DNA of 54,599 nucleotides from a virus (Duplodnaviria; Caudoviricetes): positions 1 to 54,599 of IMG/VR virus record IMGVR_UViG_3300032224_000681. One strand, written 5' to 3'. The position numbers were made by a program, and so were the translations under genes. Positions within the stretch are counted from its first letter, which is position 1, and every line of letters starts with the position of its first letter. Of the stretch, positions 20,099-29,741 are shown piece after piece. A model generated the notes under the pieces. The model was given only the letters and a program-made list of their open reading frames with translations, searched no databases and was not told the origin of the DNA.

Positions 20099-20956
20099 AT
20101 GAAAACAAGCAAACCTCAGCAGATAACAGGCTCCCTGAAAGCCTTCGTAGACGTGGCTAAAAAGAACAGCAGAGTACTGGGTTCAGTAGAACGTCACTTA
20201 ATTTCTAAACCGCGGGACATGAGTCGTAGAACAGATGTTCTGCACCCATCCGATATGGTTAGCGATGAGTGGTGTTACCGCGCTTCTTATTTTCATTTAA
20301 AAGGTCATGCACCTTTAAGTAATCGTGTAATGAAACTACAGACACATTCTGTATTTGCTGAAGGCCACGCTATCCATGCAAAGTGGCAGAAGTGGTTTCA
20401 GGAAATGGGAACCCTGTATGGTAAGTGGTATTGCATTGAGTGTGAAGAAGAATTCTGGGGCGGTTCTGATTGTCACGATGGGCCATTGGAATATCGTGAA
20501 GTACCCCTGTTTTATGAGCCACTACGTATTAGCGGTCACTCAGATGGTTGGCTAGTAAATCTAGGCGACCCATTGATGCTGGAGATTAAGTCAATTGGTG
20601 CTGGCACTATCCGTTGGGAAGACCCACAGTTGATGGCTCAGCACGGTGGAGATATGTCTAAGATATGGCCTGAGATTAAAGCGCCATTTACAAAGCATAT
20701 TAATCAGGTACAGATTTACATGAAGCTTGCAGAGTTAATCGGGTATCCAGATGTGCCGCAAGAAGCTGTGCTTATCTACGAAAATAAAGCAGACCAATCA
20801 GCTAAAGAATTTGTAGTACCTAAATCTGATTTTGCTATTGCACCATTGTTAGAGGCTGCTGCTATGATTGTAGAAGCAGTTAAAAATAACACCCCACCAC
20901 CGTGTAATATCGATGTTTGGGGACAATGCTCACGATGCGGAGGATTTAATGACTGA
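20099..20956 (+). CDS. Cas4-like PD-(D/E)XK exonuclease
   Basis: HPSD..C; GHSDG..LEIKS; QVQIYM; C-terminal C..CxxC. Confidence 0.82.
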   Translation: MKTSKPQQITGSLKAFVDVAKKNSRVLGSVERHLISKPRDMSRRTDVLHPSDMVSDEWCYRASYFHLKGHAPLSNRVMKLQTHSVFAEGHAIHAKWQKWFQEMGTLYGKWYCIECEEEFWGGSDCHDGPLEYREVPLFYEPLRISGHSDGWLVNLGDPLMLEIKSIGAGTIRWEDPQLMAQHGGDMSKIWPEIKAPFTKHINQVQIYMKLAELIGYPDVPQEAVLIYENKADQSAKEFVVPKSDFAIAPLLEAAAMIVEAVKNNTPPPCNIDVWGQCSRCGGFND

Positions 20957-21443
20957 ATTAGTTGTCACAGGTATTAGCAAAGAAGTGCTAAAGGTATTGG
21001 AAAACCAAGGGCTTCCTATCAAACGTTCTATAAAGCTAGATATGCCTGATTTCCCAGAAGACATTACAGCAATTGATGAGCAAGAGCTTATGATTATGGC
21101 TAGCAAGTACATGGAGAACCTTAACTTCATCCGTACACAGGTAGCCTGCGCTACCCTTGCAGAGGCTGAGGCTAACAGCGCTTATGACATGACTGTAGCC
21201 AAAGGTCTGCTAGGAAAGACAACAGGCAAGAGCACAGAGAAGTCTGTAATGCTTAAGGCAGCCGTTGTAACAGAGCCTGAGGTAGTTGAACTAGCTAAAG
21301 CTAAAGACTTTGCGTATGCCTATCGTAAGCTCCTAGAGACCCACCTAGAGAACCTAGAACGTTACTACTCACTCACTAGCCGTGAGTTGACACGTCGTAC
21401 TTCAAACTCCCGTAATAACTCGTTTAATAGGTATGTCCCTTAA
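20949..21443 (+). CDS. Helical protein, possibly a UvsY-like recombination mediator
   Basis: All-helical, ends SRELTRR, sits among recombination genes; start reassigned to ATG 20949 (GGAGG RBS). Confidence 0.45.
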   Translation: MTELVVTGISKEVLKVLENQGLPIKRSIKLDMPDFPEDITAIDEQELMIMASKYMENLNFIRTQVACATLAEAEANSAYDMTVAKGLLGKTTGKSTEKSVMLKAAVVTEPEVVELAKAKDFAYAYRKLLETHLENLERYYSLTSRELTRRTSNSRNNSFNRYVP

Positions 21444-21978
21444 AAAAATTGAAGGAGGTCTCGACCTGGCTGGCAGTAGCCCAGTTTATTTAGGTATAGA
21501 CCAATCCTTTACAGGTTTTGCAATGTGCGCCTATAAAGATGGTAAGTATTACGCAGAGGTCTACAAATCCACTAATCGCGGCATGCCACGTATGTTAGAT
21601 ATACGTGCATTTATACGTGACTGGATATCCAAGATAGAAATTATCGATGTAGCCATGGAAGGCTACGCAATGGGCGCCAAAGGCAAGGTATTCCATCTAG
21701 GTGAGCTTGGTGGCCTAGTTAAAATGGAGTTGGCAGATATTGACAAATACCCGTTGATAATCCCACCAACCACGCTAAAGAAGTATGTGACAGGTGCGGG
21801 CACAGGACAGAAAAACCAAATGATTTTGCATACCTACAAAAAGTGGGGGCAGACATTTACTGACGATAACGCTTGTGACGCATATGGACTTGCAAGGCTA
21901 TGCTCAGGGGATGGTAAGCTTGCGTATGAAAAAGCAATATACCAACAAGTACAAAGTCCAGATTATCGGGAGATTTAA
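21433..21978 (+). CDS. ruvC: RuvC-like Holliday junction resolvase
   Basis: YLGIDQSFTGF, VAMEGY, PTTLKKYVTG.G..K, DNACDAYGLA. Confidence 0.85.
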   Translation: MSLKKIEGGLDLAGSSPVYLGIDQSFTGFAMCAYKDGKYYAEVYKSTNRGMPRMLDIRAFIRDWISKIEIIDVAMEGYAMGAKGKVFHLGELGGLVKMELADIDKYPLIIPPTTLKKYVTGAGTGQKNQMILHTYKKWGQTFTDDNACDAYGLARLCSGDGKLAYEKAIYQQVQSPDYREI

Positions 21979-22146
21979 ATGCCAAAATATGATTTTGTCT
22001 GCATACCTTGCGACAGTACTGTAGAGATGCATTTAAATTTTGATTCTTCAGAACGACCAGCATGCGACAGGTGCGGAAATTTTATGACTAAAGTCTATAC
22101 ACCGCCTTCCGTACAATTTAAAGGCGGAGGTTGGGGAGGACAATGA
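21979..22146 (+). CDS. FmdB-family zinc-ribbon regulator (55 aa, not in ORF track)
   Basis: MPKYDFVCIPC...CDRCG...VQFKGGGW. Confidence 0.85.
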   Translation: MPKYDFVCIPCDSTVEMHLNFDSSERPACDRCGNFMTKVYTPPSVQFKGGGWGGQ

Positions 22147-22373
22147 GTAAAACCCAGGAAAAACGCGCTCGCCGTGCTGCAGAACGCGACGTTTTTATTA
22201 AAGAACGTCGTCAGGTACAGCTGGCAGTGTTTGAATCTAATTTTAAAGTAGGCCTTGAGTTCTTTGAAGCTAATAAAGACAAGATGAGCCCAGAAGAAAT
22301 TGCACAGGTAGAAGAAGAGATTGAAAAAAACCGTAAGTTGATTGAAGAATGGAAGGAAAAATGGGATGCTTGA
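22143..22373 (+). CDS. Hypothetical protein
   Basis: ATGA overlap with the FmdB-like gene; GGAGG RBS. Confidence 0.65.
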   Translation: MSKTQEKRARRAAERDVFIKERRQVQLAVFESNFKVGLEFFEANKDKMSPEEIAQVEEEIEKNRKLIEEWKEKWDA

Positions 22374-22509
22374 TGCCAACCTACCAATTTTAGTTGCAGA
22401 TGATGACTTTATTGAGCACCTGCATGAAAATGGATTTAGCGAAACTATTGAAATGGACGAGCTAGTTTTTGAATGGCTTGATTGGGAAGCTGATAACGTT
22501 GAAGCATAA
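22366..22509 (+). CDS. Small acidic hypothetical protein (47 aa, not in ORF track)
   Basis: MLDANLPILVADDDFIEHLHENG...; fills the gap with short overlaps. Confidence 0.55.
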   Translation: MLDANLPILVADDDFIEHLHENGFSETIEMDELVFEWLDWEADNVEA

Positions 22510-22723
22510 GCAGAAAGACCTACTTGAAGATGGTTGGATGACCATCGATGATTTTGTAGATTCCCTATCCCTAGGTATGCGTGACTATCTGCATAATAAT
22601 TGGGGAAAAATTAGCAAGAAAGACGACCTACATCACCCAGAAGACCTAGCCACTAACGCATCTATTTACACGGAAATTGCCTACCGTGTATTAGCTGATT
22701 TTACTAAGTGCAGACATGGCTAA
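22499..22723 (+). CDS. Hypothetical protein
   Basis: TTG start chosen to minimise overlap; start uncertain. Confidence 0.5.
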   Translation: MKHKQKDLLEDGWMTIDDFVDSLSLGMRDYLHNNWGKISKKDDLHHPEDLATNASIYTEIAYRVLADFTKCRHG

Positions 22724-22937
22724 GAATATACGAGAGCTAAAGCCCGATTTTACGGGAACTATGGCCTATGAAAATGAGGTTTGCCACGAGTGCCCTCATT
22801 GTGAGTCCAGCCTATGGAATATAAAGGCTAGCTTTCAGGACTATGAGATATCCCAATATTTACTAGATATGGAATGTTCCATCTGTGGCACATATGCCAA
22901 GGCACCTACACCTTTAGACAGACCTAATTTAATATAG
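22716..22937 (+). CDS. Zinc-ribbon protein
   Basis: CPHC...CSIC. Confidence 0.7.
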   Translation: MAKNIRELKPDFTGTMAYENEVCHECPHCESSLWNIKASFQDYEISQYLLDMECSICGTYAKAPTPLDRPNLI

Positions 22938-22989
22938 CCTTCATAATTGTACCTACGGGGTTTCACACTATACGTAAACCGAGGTACAA

Positions 22990-23268
22990 ATGACCGAACA
23001 ACCAGAAGAGCAAATCCTTCGCGTCAGCGCAGGAAGTAACCCACAGGCTGTTGCTTCAGCCATTGCTCACAGCATTTATGAAACCCGCGCCTGCAAGATT
23101 CGTGCAGTTGGCGCAGGAGCTATCAACCAAGCAGTAAAAGCGATTGCTATCGCTCGCGGATATACAGCCCCTCGTGGCCTTGACCTTATCTGCATCCCAG
23201 GATTTACCAGCATTGAAAGTCATGATGGGCAGATTTCTGCCATTATCTTTGATGTCAAGGCTAGTTAA
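22990..23268 (+). CDS. spoVS: SpoVS-family protein
   Basis: LRVSAGSNPQAVASAIA..AVGAGAINQAVKAIAIARG..IPGF matches the SpoVS signature. Confidence 0.9.
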   Translation: MTEQPEEQILRVSAGSNPQAVASAIAHSIYETRACKIRAVGAGAINQAVKAIAIARGYTAPRGLDLICIPGFTSIESHDGQISAIIFDVKAS

Positions 23269-23329
23269 TACTGTATTTCCCTATTTAATACCCTACTCTG
23301 TTAGGTACTCCTAGGCCAAAGGAAACTAA

Positions 23330-23656
23330 ATGAAAACAGATTCAAAGAAGAACCCAGCACCGATTGCTCCGACATCTGCGGAACCATCAAACGCTTCAGG
23401 TTCAAAGCCACGCGTTGCTATGCCTGAAAAGGGCACTCTTGTAAAGAAGAAGAACACCGCAGCTGGCGACCCAACAAAGATGGCTAAGCCATCTCGTTCT
23501 CATATTACTGCTACAAGTGGAGCTCGCTACGGTATCCGTGTGAAGTTCCAGAAGTCCACAGCTCCAGAAGCTGGTGCCGTACAGGGTAATGGACGTATAA
23601 TTCCTTCAGCAGTAAAGCGCTCAGCTCCTAACTTCAAAGATGGAATGGCTGAGTAG
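23330..23656 (+). CDS. Basic, probably disordered hypothetical protein
   Basis: AAGGA RBS; terminator follows. Confidence 0.7.
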   Translation: MKTDSKKNPAPIAPTSAEPSNASGSKPRVAMPEKGTLVKKKNTAAGDPTKMAKPSRSHITATSGARYGIRVKFQKSTAPEAGAVQGNGRIIPSAVKRSAPNFKDGMAE

Positions 23657-23672
23657 TTACAACTAAATAGCG

Positions 23673-23699
23673 CAAAGCCCCGCCATGTGCGGGGCTTTG
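23673..23699 (+). terminator. Intrinsic terminator (possibly bidirectional)
   Basis: CAAAGCCCCGC-N5-GCGGGGCTTTG. Confidence 0.75.
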
Positions 23700-23797
23700 G
23701 CATTTGTGGAATATATTCTAAATTAGATTGTTGTATACTATTGCTGACCGCTCACAAGGAGGGTCACAAAAAGTTATATCGTCTAAGGAGATATATT

Positions 23798-24322
23798 ATG
23801 GCTTCAGGCTACCCAATGGGTGGATATCCAAAAGGTTCACCTCATGAACCAAATCAATGGCCCCATCACCCAAAGCAAATTGGCGCACTAGGTTCTATTG
23901 CTGTCACAGACCCATTTAAAGCGCTACACAATATGTTAGACCCATGGACTTTTGGGTTTGAGCGTCACTTAGAGTTCTTCCAGAACCTAGAAGATGTACG
24001 TATTAAGTCCAATTACCCGCCGTACAACATCAAGACCCTGCCTAACGACAAGGCAGAAATTGAACTTGCTATTGCGGGATTTAAGAAGGATGATGTTAAG
24101 ATTACATACAAAGAAAACATTATCACCGTCGAAGGTAACCGTGGCGAAGACGATGCTGAATACTCATATAAGGGTATTGCAGCACGTAACTTTGTCCAGA
24201 AGTTTGCAGTTGCAGACGACGTACTTGTAGGAGATGCAAAGCTAGCTGATGGATTCCTAACCATTGAACTACAGCGCATTCTTCCAGAAGAAAAGAAAGA
24301 AAAGACAATCAAAATTAAGTAA
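23798..24322 (+). CDS. Small heat-shock protein, Hsp20/IbpA family
   Basis: NYPPYNI, IELAIAGF, YKGIAARNF, A.LADGFLTIEL.R.LPEEKK..I.I; start ATG 23798 after AAGGAG. Confidence 0.93.
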   Translation: MASGYPMGGYPKGSPHEPNQWPHHPKQIGALGSIAVTDPFKALHNMLDPWTFGFERHLEFFQNLEDVRIKSNYPPYNIKTLPNDKAEIELAIAGFKKDDVKITYKENIITVEGNRGEDDAEYSYKGIAARNFVQKFAVADDVLVGDAKLADGFLTIELQRILPEEKKEKTIKIK

Positions 24323-24347
24323 AGATAAGCAAAGCTTGTTAATACTT

Positions 24348-24385
24348 AGCAAGAAGCCCTCGACCAATGTCGAGGGCTTTTTGCT
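24348..24385 (+). terminator. Intrinsic terminator
   Basis: AAGCCCTCGAC-CAAT-GTCGAGGGCTTTTT. Confidence 0.85.
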
Positions 24386-24451
24386 GTTGCAAAATAAAAA
24401 CCTGTGATAGGCTTGAGCCAACAACGTCACATCACTGAGAGGGTGGGGGCT

Positions 24452-24706
24452 ATGGCAAAAAACAATCTGGGTGCCATCTTGGACCAGTTTATTGAACAGT
24501 CAAAACAGCCTGGAAAATGCTGTATTGCAATGTGGATACAGTCATTACCAAAAGAAGATGCACAGAAGTTTGAATCGTTAAGAACAGAAAATACAAAAGT
24601 ACCTATTAAAAATTTATATGAAGCGTTGATAGCGTCAGGACATGAACTACCAGGAAAGCTCACAGCGTTTCGTTCCCATTTCAAAGGATATTGCACATGC
24701 AAATAG
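24452..24706 (+). CDS. Hypothetical protein with possible zinc site
   Basis: CC..H..CTC; ATG after GGGGG RBS. Confidence 0.65.
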   Translation: MAKNNLGAILDQFIEQSKQPGKCCIAMWIQSLPKEDAQKFESLRTENTKVPIKNLYEALIASGHELPGKLTAFRSHFKGYCTCK

Positions 24707-25725
24707 AGCCAAAGCTTTCTATATCAGAGATTTTAGATTCATTAAAGGTAGAACAGGTTGCTGATTGGGCATGGCCCCCAATTCAACCAGCAAAGCCAAC
24801 AGTAATTAAGCCAGCAGAATATAAAGAACGTCAGGCCACTAAAAACGGATTTAAGTTATTTGTATTTGTACCAGACCCACAGATTGGCTACCGCAAGTAT
24901 GAAGACGGTACGCTAGACCCATTCCACGATGAAGCAGCAATTGACGTACACTTCCAGTTGCTTGCATATTTAGAAAAGCGTTATGGCGTAGATGAAATTG
25001 TGCACCTAGGTGATTACCTAGACCTACCAACAATGGGTAAGTATGCACAAGAAGAGATGTTTGCACACACAGTACAACCAGCACTTGATTACGGTCATAA
25101 CCTATTGGCTAAGCAACGTGCTACCTGCCCAACTGCAAAGATTACTTTGCTAGAAGGTAACCACGATTGTCGTATGCAGAAGTATGTAATTATGAATGCA
25201 ATGGCATCAAAGGGAATTAAGCGAGCTAACGCTACACCTGAGGATTGGCCTGTTATGTCTATTCCATATCTACTTCGCCTTGATGAGATTAATGTAAATT
25301 ACATTGGCGCATACCCAGCAGGGGAGTATTGGATTACCCCACACCTTCGCGCAATCCACGGAACTACCGTACGTTCTAACGGTTCTACAGCATCAGCATA
25401 TGTAAATAAGAACCCACACGTATCAACTGTGTTTGGTCACGCACATCGCCAGGAATTGCAGTATAAAACCGTGGCTAATGGTGACGGCCCTATTCGTTCT
25501 GTATCAGCATCCCCAGGATGCCTATGCCGTGTAGATGGTGCTGTTCCTTCTTATGGTTCAGGTCTTAACGACAATGGTCGCCCAGTAAAGCATTGGGAAG
25601 ACTGGCAGCAGGGAATTATGATTGGCTGGGTCCACGAGGACGACGGTCACTTTACCTTGCAACCTATTCATATCATGGATGGCGAAGCTATTTACGAGGG
25701 TAAAGAGTTTAAGGCTACGTTCTAG
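24697..25725 (+). CDS. Calcineurin-like metallophosphoesterase
   Basis: PDPQIG, LGDYLD, EGNHD, IHG, FGHAHR motifs. Confidence 0.9.
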   Translation: MQIEPKLSISEILDSLKVEQVADWAWPPIQPAKPTVIKPAEYKERQATKNGFKLFVFVPDPQIGYRKYEDGTLDPFHDEAAIDVHFQLLAYLEKRYGVDEIVHLGDYLDLPTMGKYAQEEMFAHTVQPALDYGHNLLAKQRATCPTAKITLLEGNHDCRMQKYVIMNAMASKGIKRANATPEDWPVMSIPYLLRLDEINVNYIGAYPAGEYWITPHLRAIHGTTVRSNGSTASAYVNKNPHVSTVFGHAHRQELQYKTVANGDGPIRSVSASPGCLCRVDGAVPSYGSGLNDNGRPVKHWEDWQQGIMIGWVHEDDGHFTLQPIHIMDGEAIYEGKEFKATF

Positions 25726-25748
25726 ACATACAGGCGTATCATTGAGAT

Positions 25749-26282
25749 ATGCCAAATCCTAACCAAAACACTCAAAGCCTTGGTGCTAATGGGATGTACG
25801 GCACCTACACCAATTATGGTGCAGGTGGTACTCCTGTTGCACGTGGTGAACTTGATGGCTTGCGTATGGGTGTTGGTCGCGCACCACAGGCTGAATACCC
25901 AGACGGTTACCTAGGAACAATTCGCACACGTCGTGATGACCGTGGTCGTCCTAATGGTCAATCAGAAAATGTATTAGATAGCCTAAAGATACGTATTGGT
26001 CAGCGTTCGTATCAACGTGGCGTTCACCGTGGTGAACGTATTGATATGCAAGATTATTATTATCCAGAAGGTTTGGATAACATGGCTGGCATTCGTCGTC
26101 AGATGAAAGCTGCAAAGAATGGCGTACGTTCACAACGTCATGCGCCAGTTTCTAAATTAGTTCCTGCTCCTCATCTTCCTAATGATGGTAAAGCAGGTCC
26201 GACAGTTAAGAGCGATTCACCTATGCAGATTAACCAGGCCCGTCAGGACCAGATGGCGCGTATGCGTCCTCAGTGGAAGTAA
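25749..26282 (+). CDS. Hypothetical protein
   Basis: Leaderless-type promoter TATCAT-N6-ATG; first gene of a tightly coupled operon. Confidence 0.75.
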   Translation: MPNPNQNTQSLGANGMYGTYTNYGAGGTPVARGELDGLRMGVGRAPQAEYPDGYLGTIRTRRDDRGRPNGQSENVLDSLKIRIGQRSYQRGVHRGERIDMQDYYYPEGLDNMAGIRRQMKAAKNGVRSQRHAPVSKLVPAPHLPNDGKAGPTVKSDSPMQINQARQDQMARMRPQWK

Positions 26283-26283
26283 C

Positions 26284-26664
26284 ATGCCAGGTAAATATGC
26301 AGATGGAGTCTATGGTCATAAGCCGTGGGATAAAGACCGTCCTGGTATCAACACCCCAGAAGAAGCAGCGTTTCCTCCACAGGAATATTTAGGGCCATTT
26401 CAGTCTAATCAAGACCGCCTACTTAATCAGGCGCTTGCTACTTGGACAATGAGCAGTGAAGAACTGCAAGAGTATGTTCGACCTAATCTACCTCAGATTA
26501 ACCTATTTCCAGATAGATATGGTTACACAGACCAAGAATTAACTATTGAAGACGTAATTGGGTTACCAGGTTCTCGTAGCGCTCAGCGTGTAGAATCAGA
26601 CTTTAGCAACACACCAAATAGCCAGCAATCAAGTAGTCGAAATACGTTAGGAAACACAATATAA
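26284..26664 (+). CDS. Hypothetical protein
   Basis: Start reassigned to ATG 26284, just after the previous stop. Confidence 0.65.
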   Translation: MPGKYADGVYGHKPWDKDRPGINTPEEAAFPPQEYLGPFQSNQDRLLNQALATWTMSSEELQEYVRPNLPQINLFPDRYGYTDQELTIEDVIGLPGSRSAQRVESDFSNTPNSQQSSSRNTLGNTI

Positions 26665-26867
26665 TGGGACGTAATAACGGAGATTTTTTTGATTGGGATA
26701 CCCCAACAACTACACAAGGTTCTCCCAGCAACAAAGAATTAATGGACCGTAAGAAACCATTTAGCCCAAAAGGTTCTGAGCCTGTAAATTCTACAACTTC
26801 AAATTATGAAGAACGCAAGGCTCCGCCAGGAAATGAATATCGTTTACGAAGCTATGGGGATGACTAA
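26664..26867 (+). CDS. Hypothetical protein
   Basis: TAATG coupling. Confidence 0.6.
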   Translation: MGRNNGDFFDWDTPTTTQGSPSNKELMDRKKPFSPKGSEPVNSTTSNYEERKAPPGNEYRLRSYGDD

Positions 26868-27105
26868 AATGAAGAGCGACCCAGGTTTATTTACAGACAG
26901 CACTGGCGAAGGCATGGCTGGGGCTGAAGACGTCGCTTTAAGTACCCAACAGCAGCTTAAAAACACCGTTTACAACGGTTCCAAGGCCTGTAAAGCCTGT
27001 GGTTCCGTGATGAACCCAGTACAATCTTTGAAGGACCAAAGCATTTGCCCTACGTGCAATCGCCGTAAAGCCCAACGCCTATTGAAAGGACGCATGTCCC
27101 AATGA
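26860..27105 (+). CDS. Zinc-ribbon hypothetical protein
   Basis: CKAC...CPTC; start uncertain (26860 or 26869). Confidence 0.6.
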   Translation: MTKMKSDPGLFTDSTGEGMAGAEDVALSTQQQLKNTVYNGSKACKACGSVMNPVQSLKDQSICPTCNRRKAQRLLKGRMSQ

Positions 27106-27311
27106 CAGTTAACATCTCACGTTCACAGAACGAGGAACTAAATGAAGGTGCAACAGACGGCAAGTACCGTAAGCGTCGCCCTAATACAACCGTACAGCCA
27201 GGTGCAGGTGATGAACTTGTACAGAAGAACCGCGCAGGCTTGCACCCATACATGAACTATGGTTTTATTAACTCTGAAGAACCATCAAAGGTAAATCCAG
27301 GGAGCAACTAA
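27102..27311 (+). CDS. Hypothetical protein
   Basis: ATGA coupling. Confidence 0.65.
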   Translation: MTVNISRSQNEELNEGATDGKYRKRRPNTTVQPGAGDELVQKNRAGLHPYMNYGFINSEEPSKVNPGSN

Positions 27312-27685
27312 TGGCTGAGGCATACGACCGCGCCTATGACCCTAGTCGTGTACCTCAAATAGAGGCACGCTTATCTAACAGTGCTGCTATTAGAGGCGTA
27401 GATATGTCTCCAGATGCACATAGAGACCTTAATTATCTCCATGGTTTTACTGGTCCAGCAAAAAATGGTGTAAGAACACGCCCTCAAGAACCTGGTGACC
27501 GACGTAGTACATATCAATGGGAGCAATCACCAGCAACCTATAATGAGGTTAGCACAGCACTTGTTAATCGTGCTAAATCTGGAGCTGCTGTAAAAGATGC
27601 AGAGGCTCGTGAAGCTGTAAAACGTAAGCATGTTATAGGACGTAATGTAGTTAAAATTAATACTGACCCAGCAAAGGGTAAGTAA
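27311..27685 (+). CDS. Hypothetical protein
   Basis: TAATG coupling. Confidence 0.65.
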   Translation: MAEAYDRAYDPSRVPQIEARLSNSAAIRGVDMSPDAHRDLNYLHGFTGPAKNGVRTRPQEPGDRRSTYQWEQSPATYNEVSTALVNRAKSGAAVKDAEAREAVKRKHVIGRNVVKINTDPAKGK

Positions 27686-27945
27686 TGATTAAGGGTATTC
27701 GTAGAGAATTAGATGCTCGTCGTCAATCAAAAGCAGACGTAGAATCAGCTAATACACATAAAGAGACTATGCTTGGTCTACTTCGTGCTTCTCAAACATA
27801 CCCATCAGATAAGGGCGAAGTTCGTAACCGTCGTCTAGTAGTCGCAGGAGACCCAGAAGCGGTTGCCCATCATAAAGATGGTACGGAAATTCGTACAAAA
27901 AATCCTAGTCCACGTGACTCAGGCGGACATGTAGAGGTTAAATAA
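27685..27945 (+). CDS. Hypothetical protein
   Basis: TAATG coupling. Confidence 0.65.
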   Translation: MIKGIRRELDARRQSKADVESANTHKETMLGLLRASQTYPSDKGEVRNRRLVVAGDPEAVAHHKDGTEIRTKNPSPRDSGGHVEVK

Positions 27946-28550
27946 TGGGACTAAAAGACGTTTCAAAAGTTGCTGCTAATGCTGTAAAGCGTGAAGATTT
28001 ACGTGAAGCCGCAATTTCTATGCCAAATCCACCAACTGATGCCAGTCGTCAATTTAGTCAACAAGCAACCGATTTATCAAGAAGAATTAAACCTCGTACA
28101 AGCGAACCTGATGATGTCTCAGGTCATAGAGGTTTTAAATTTGATAGTAAAAACCCATTTCACAAAGACTTACTAAACCACCTTTATGAGAATGGCACTG
28201 TTGGAGATTTAACTTTTCATGAAGATGGAACATTATCTTTACCAAATAAAGTTGCATATAGTGAAGAAAATGCTAAAAAGTTTGAAATAGCTACAAAGAC
28301 TGGCGGAGGAAAAGTAAGTTTTCCAAATAAACCGTCTACAGCCGTTACCCCTGCGCCACGTGCTTCTGAAAAAGACTCAAAGAGGCCTGGTACACGCCCA
28401 GGAAAGACCGTACTAGAAACTGTTGGAGACGCCCTTTTAGCAGGTGCCCCACTTAATGTAGACCAACAACGTGCTCAAAAGCGTCGTGAGATGGAAGCTC
28501 GTCAGGCAAAAATTAGTGAGACCATACGCCGAAAGCGTGAGGGTAAATAG
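27945..28550 (+). CDS. Hypothetical basic protein
   Basis: TAATG coupling, GAGG RBS. Confidence 0.7.
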   Translation: MGLKDVSKVAANAVKREDLREAAISMPNPPTDASRQFSQQATDLSRRIKPRTSEPDDVSGHRGFKFDSKNPFHKDLLNHLYENGTVGDLTFHEDGTLSLPNKVAYSEENAKKFEIATKTGGGKVSFPNKPSTAVTPAPRASEKDSKRPGTRPGKTVLETVGDALLAGAPLNVDQQRAQKRREMEARQAKISETIRRKREGK

Positions 28551-28574
28551 CAACTTTTGTGGTAGGCTAGCGTC

Positions 28575-29132
28575 ATGGGTAACATCGTTGACGAACTAGA
28601 GCCAGATAGAATTAACCTGCTTGTGTGTAAGCAGTGTAAAACTATCCAGGAAATTCCATACACCAAGACTGGTAAAGCGCTTGGTGAAGGTCGTTATGAC
28701 CAATCTGATAATCCATTTATTGATATGTATATCGGTGAGTGCCAGAAGGCTGGTCACTTTGGTATTCTTACAGACTGCCTTACAGTTGCGTGGATGGGTA
28801 ATGCCCCATTAAAAGAGAAGATTCTAAGTCAGATTAAAGAACAAATCCTAGGTGGCGGTTCTAAAGGACTAGACATCTTGGGAACCAATTTCTACGACGT
28901 CAAAGACACTTATTCGTCAGATGCTATGAAATGCTATGCGTTACATAACCGACCACAGGGTCAGTGTTCAGACTATAAATCAGACCGCAAAGAGTTAAAA
29001 CCAGATACAAATAAAGAACGTGCAGAAGCAGGGTTAAAGGCAACAAATACAAAGATTCACCTATGTGACTTCTGCCCTGTTAAGATGTACAACCAAAAGA
29101 AGGCATACCAATCGAGAGGGCTATACAAATAA
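28575..29132 (+). CDS. Hypothetical Cys-rich (metal-binding) protein
   Basis: CKQC, C..H...C, LCDFCP; leaderless-type promoter. Confidence 0.75.
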   Translation: MGNIVDELEPDRINLLVCKQCKTIQEIPYTKTGKALGEGRYDQSDNPFIDMYIGECQKAGHFGILTDCLTVAWMGNAPLKEKILSQIKEQILGGGSKGLDILGTNFYDVKDTYSSDAMKCYALHNRPQGQCSDYKSDRKELKPDTNKERAEAGLKATNTKIHLCDFCPVKMYNQKKAYQSRGLYK

Positions 29133-29446
29133 TGTCAGACGAAATCATCAACGAAGAAGATATCACTACAGAAGATATCAATATCGAACTAACCCCAGAA
29201 CAACTATTGGGAGCGCCAGAAGAGGGCGTAACAGCTTTTCTAGTAATTAAGCGTCCTAACAACGCTGGATGGTACGCAACTGCTAACCTTAACGTTCGAC
29301 CTAATATTGAGCGTCCAGCCGCTATGGAAGACATCAAGCATGGGTGTAGAGACATCACGGATAGCATGAATAACACCGATATTGCCCATATGGTGCTTGC
29401 CATGGCAAAAGACCTGATTGTAAAGCAGGATAATCAAACAGAATAA
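29132..29446 (+). CDS. Hypothetical protein
   Basis: TAATG coupling. Confidence 0.7.
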   Translation: MSDEIINEEDITTEDINIELTPEQLLGAPEEGVTAFLVIKRPNNAGWYATANLNVRPNIERPAAMEDIKHGCRDITDSMNNTDIAHMVLAMAKDLIVKQDNQTE

Positions 29447-29509
29447 CCCTTACAGTCGGCTGTAACTCAGGATATACTGTATGTACAGACTAGGGATAGG
29501 CGGCAAGTC

Positions 29510-29734
29510 ATGGCGTTCATTGAAATGACATGTAATTGTGTAGCAAGTTTTCAAGCGGATATTTCTGATGCCGCTAACGAAGCGATGGTGCTCATGTGGG
29601 CCCAACAATTCGTTAGCGCACATCAGCAGTGTGGTTATATGAACCCTATTCGCACAGATGCACCAGAAAAGCATCGCAAATTTGAGTTTGAATCCGATGT
29701 TATGTACAAGGAATCAAAGGAAAAAGAACTATAA
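29510..29734 (+). CDS. Hypothetical protein
   Basis: CNC..H..C pattern; co-oriented with neighbours. Confidence 0.65.
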   Translation: MAFIEMTCNCVASFQADISDAANEAMVLMWAQQFVSAHQQCGYMNPIRTDAPEKHRKFEFESDVMYKESKEKEL

Positions 29735-29741
29735 TACATAG

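Noticed and set aside
23687-23797. N-terminal extension of the listed Hsp20 ORF
   Set aside because: Runs through a terminator and promoter; the RBS supports ATG 23798.
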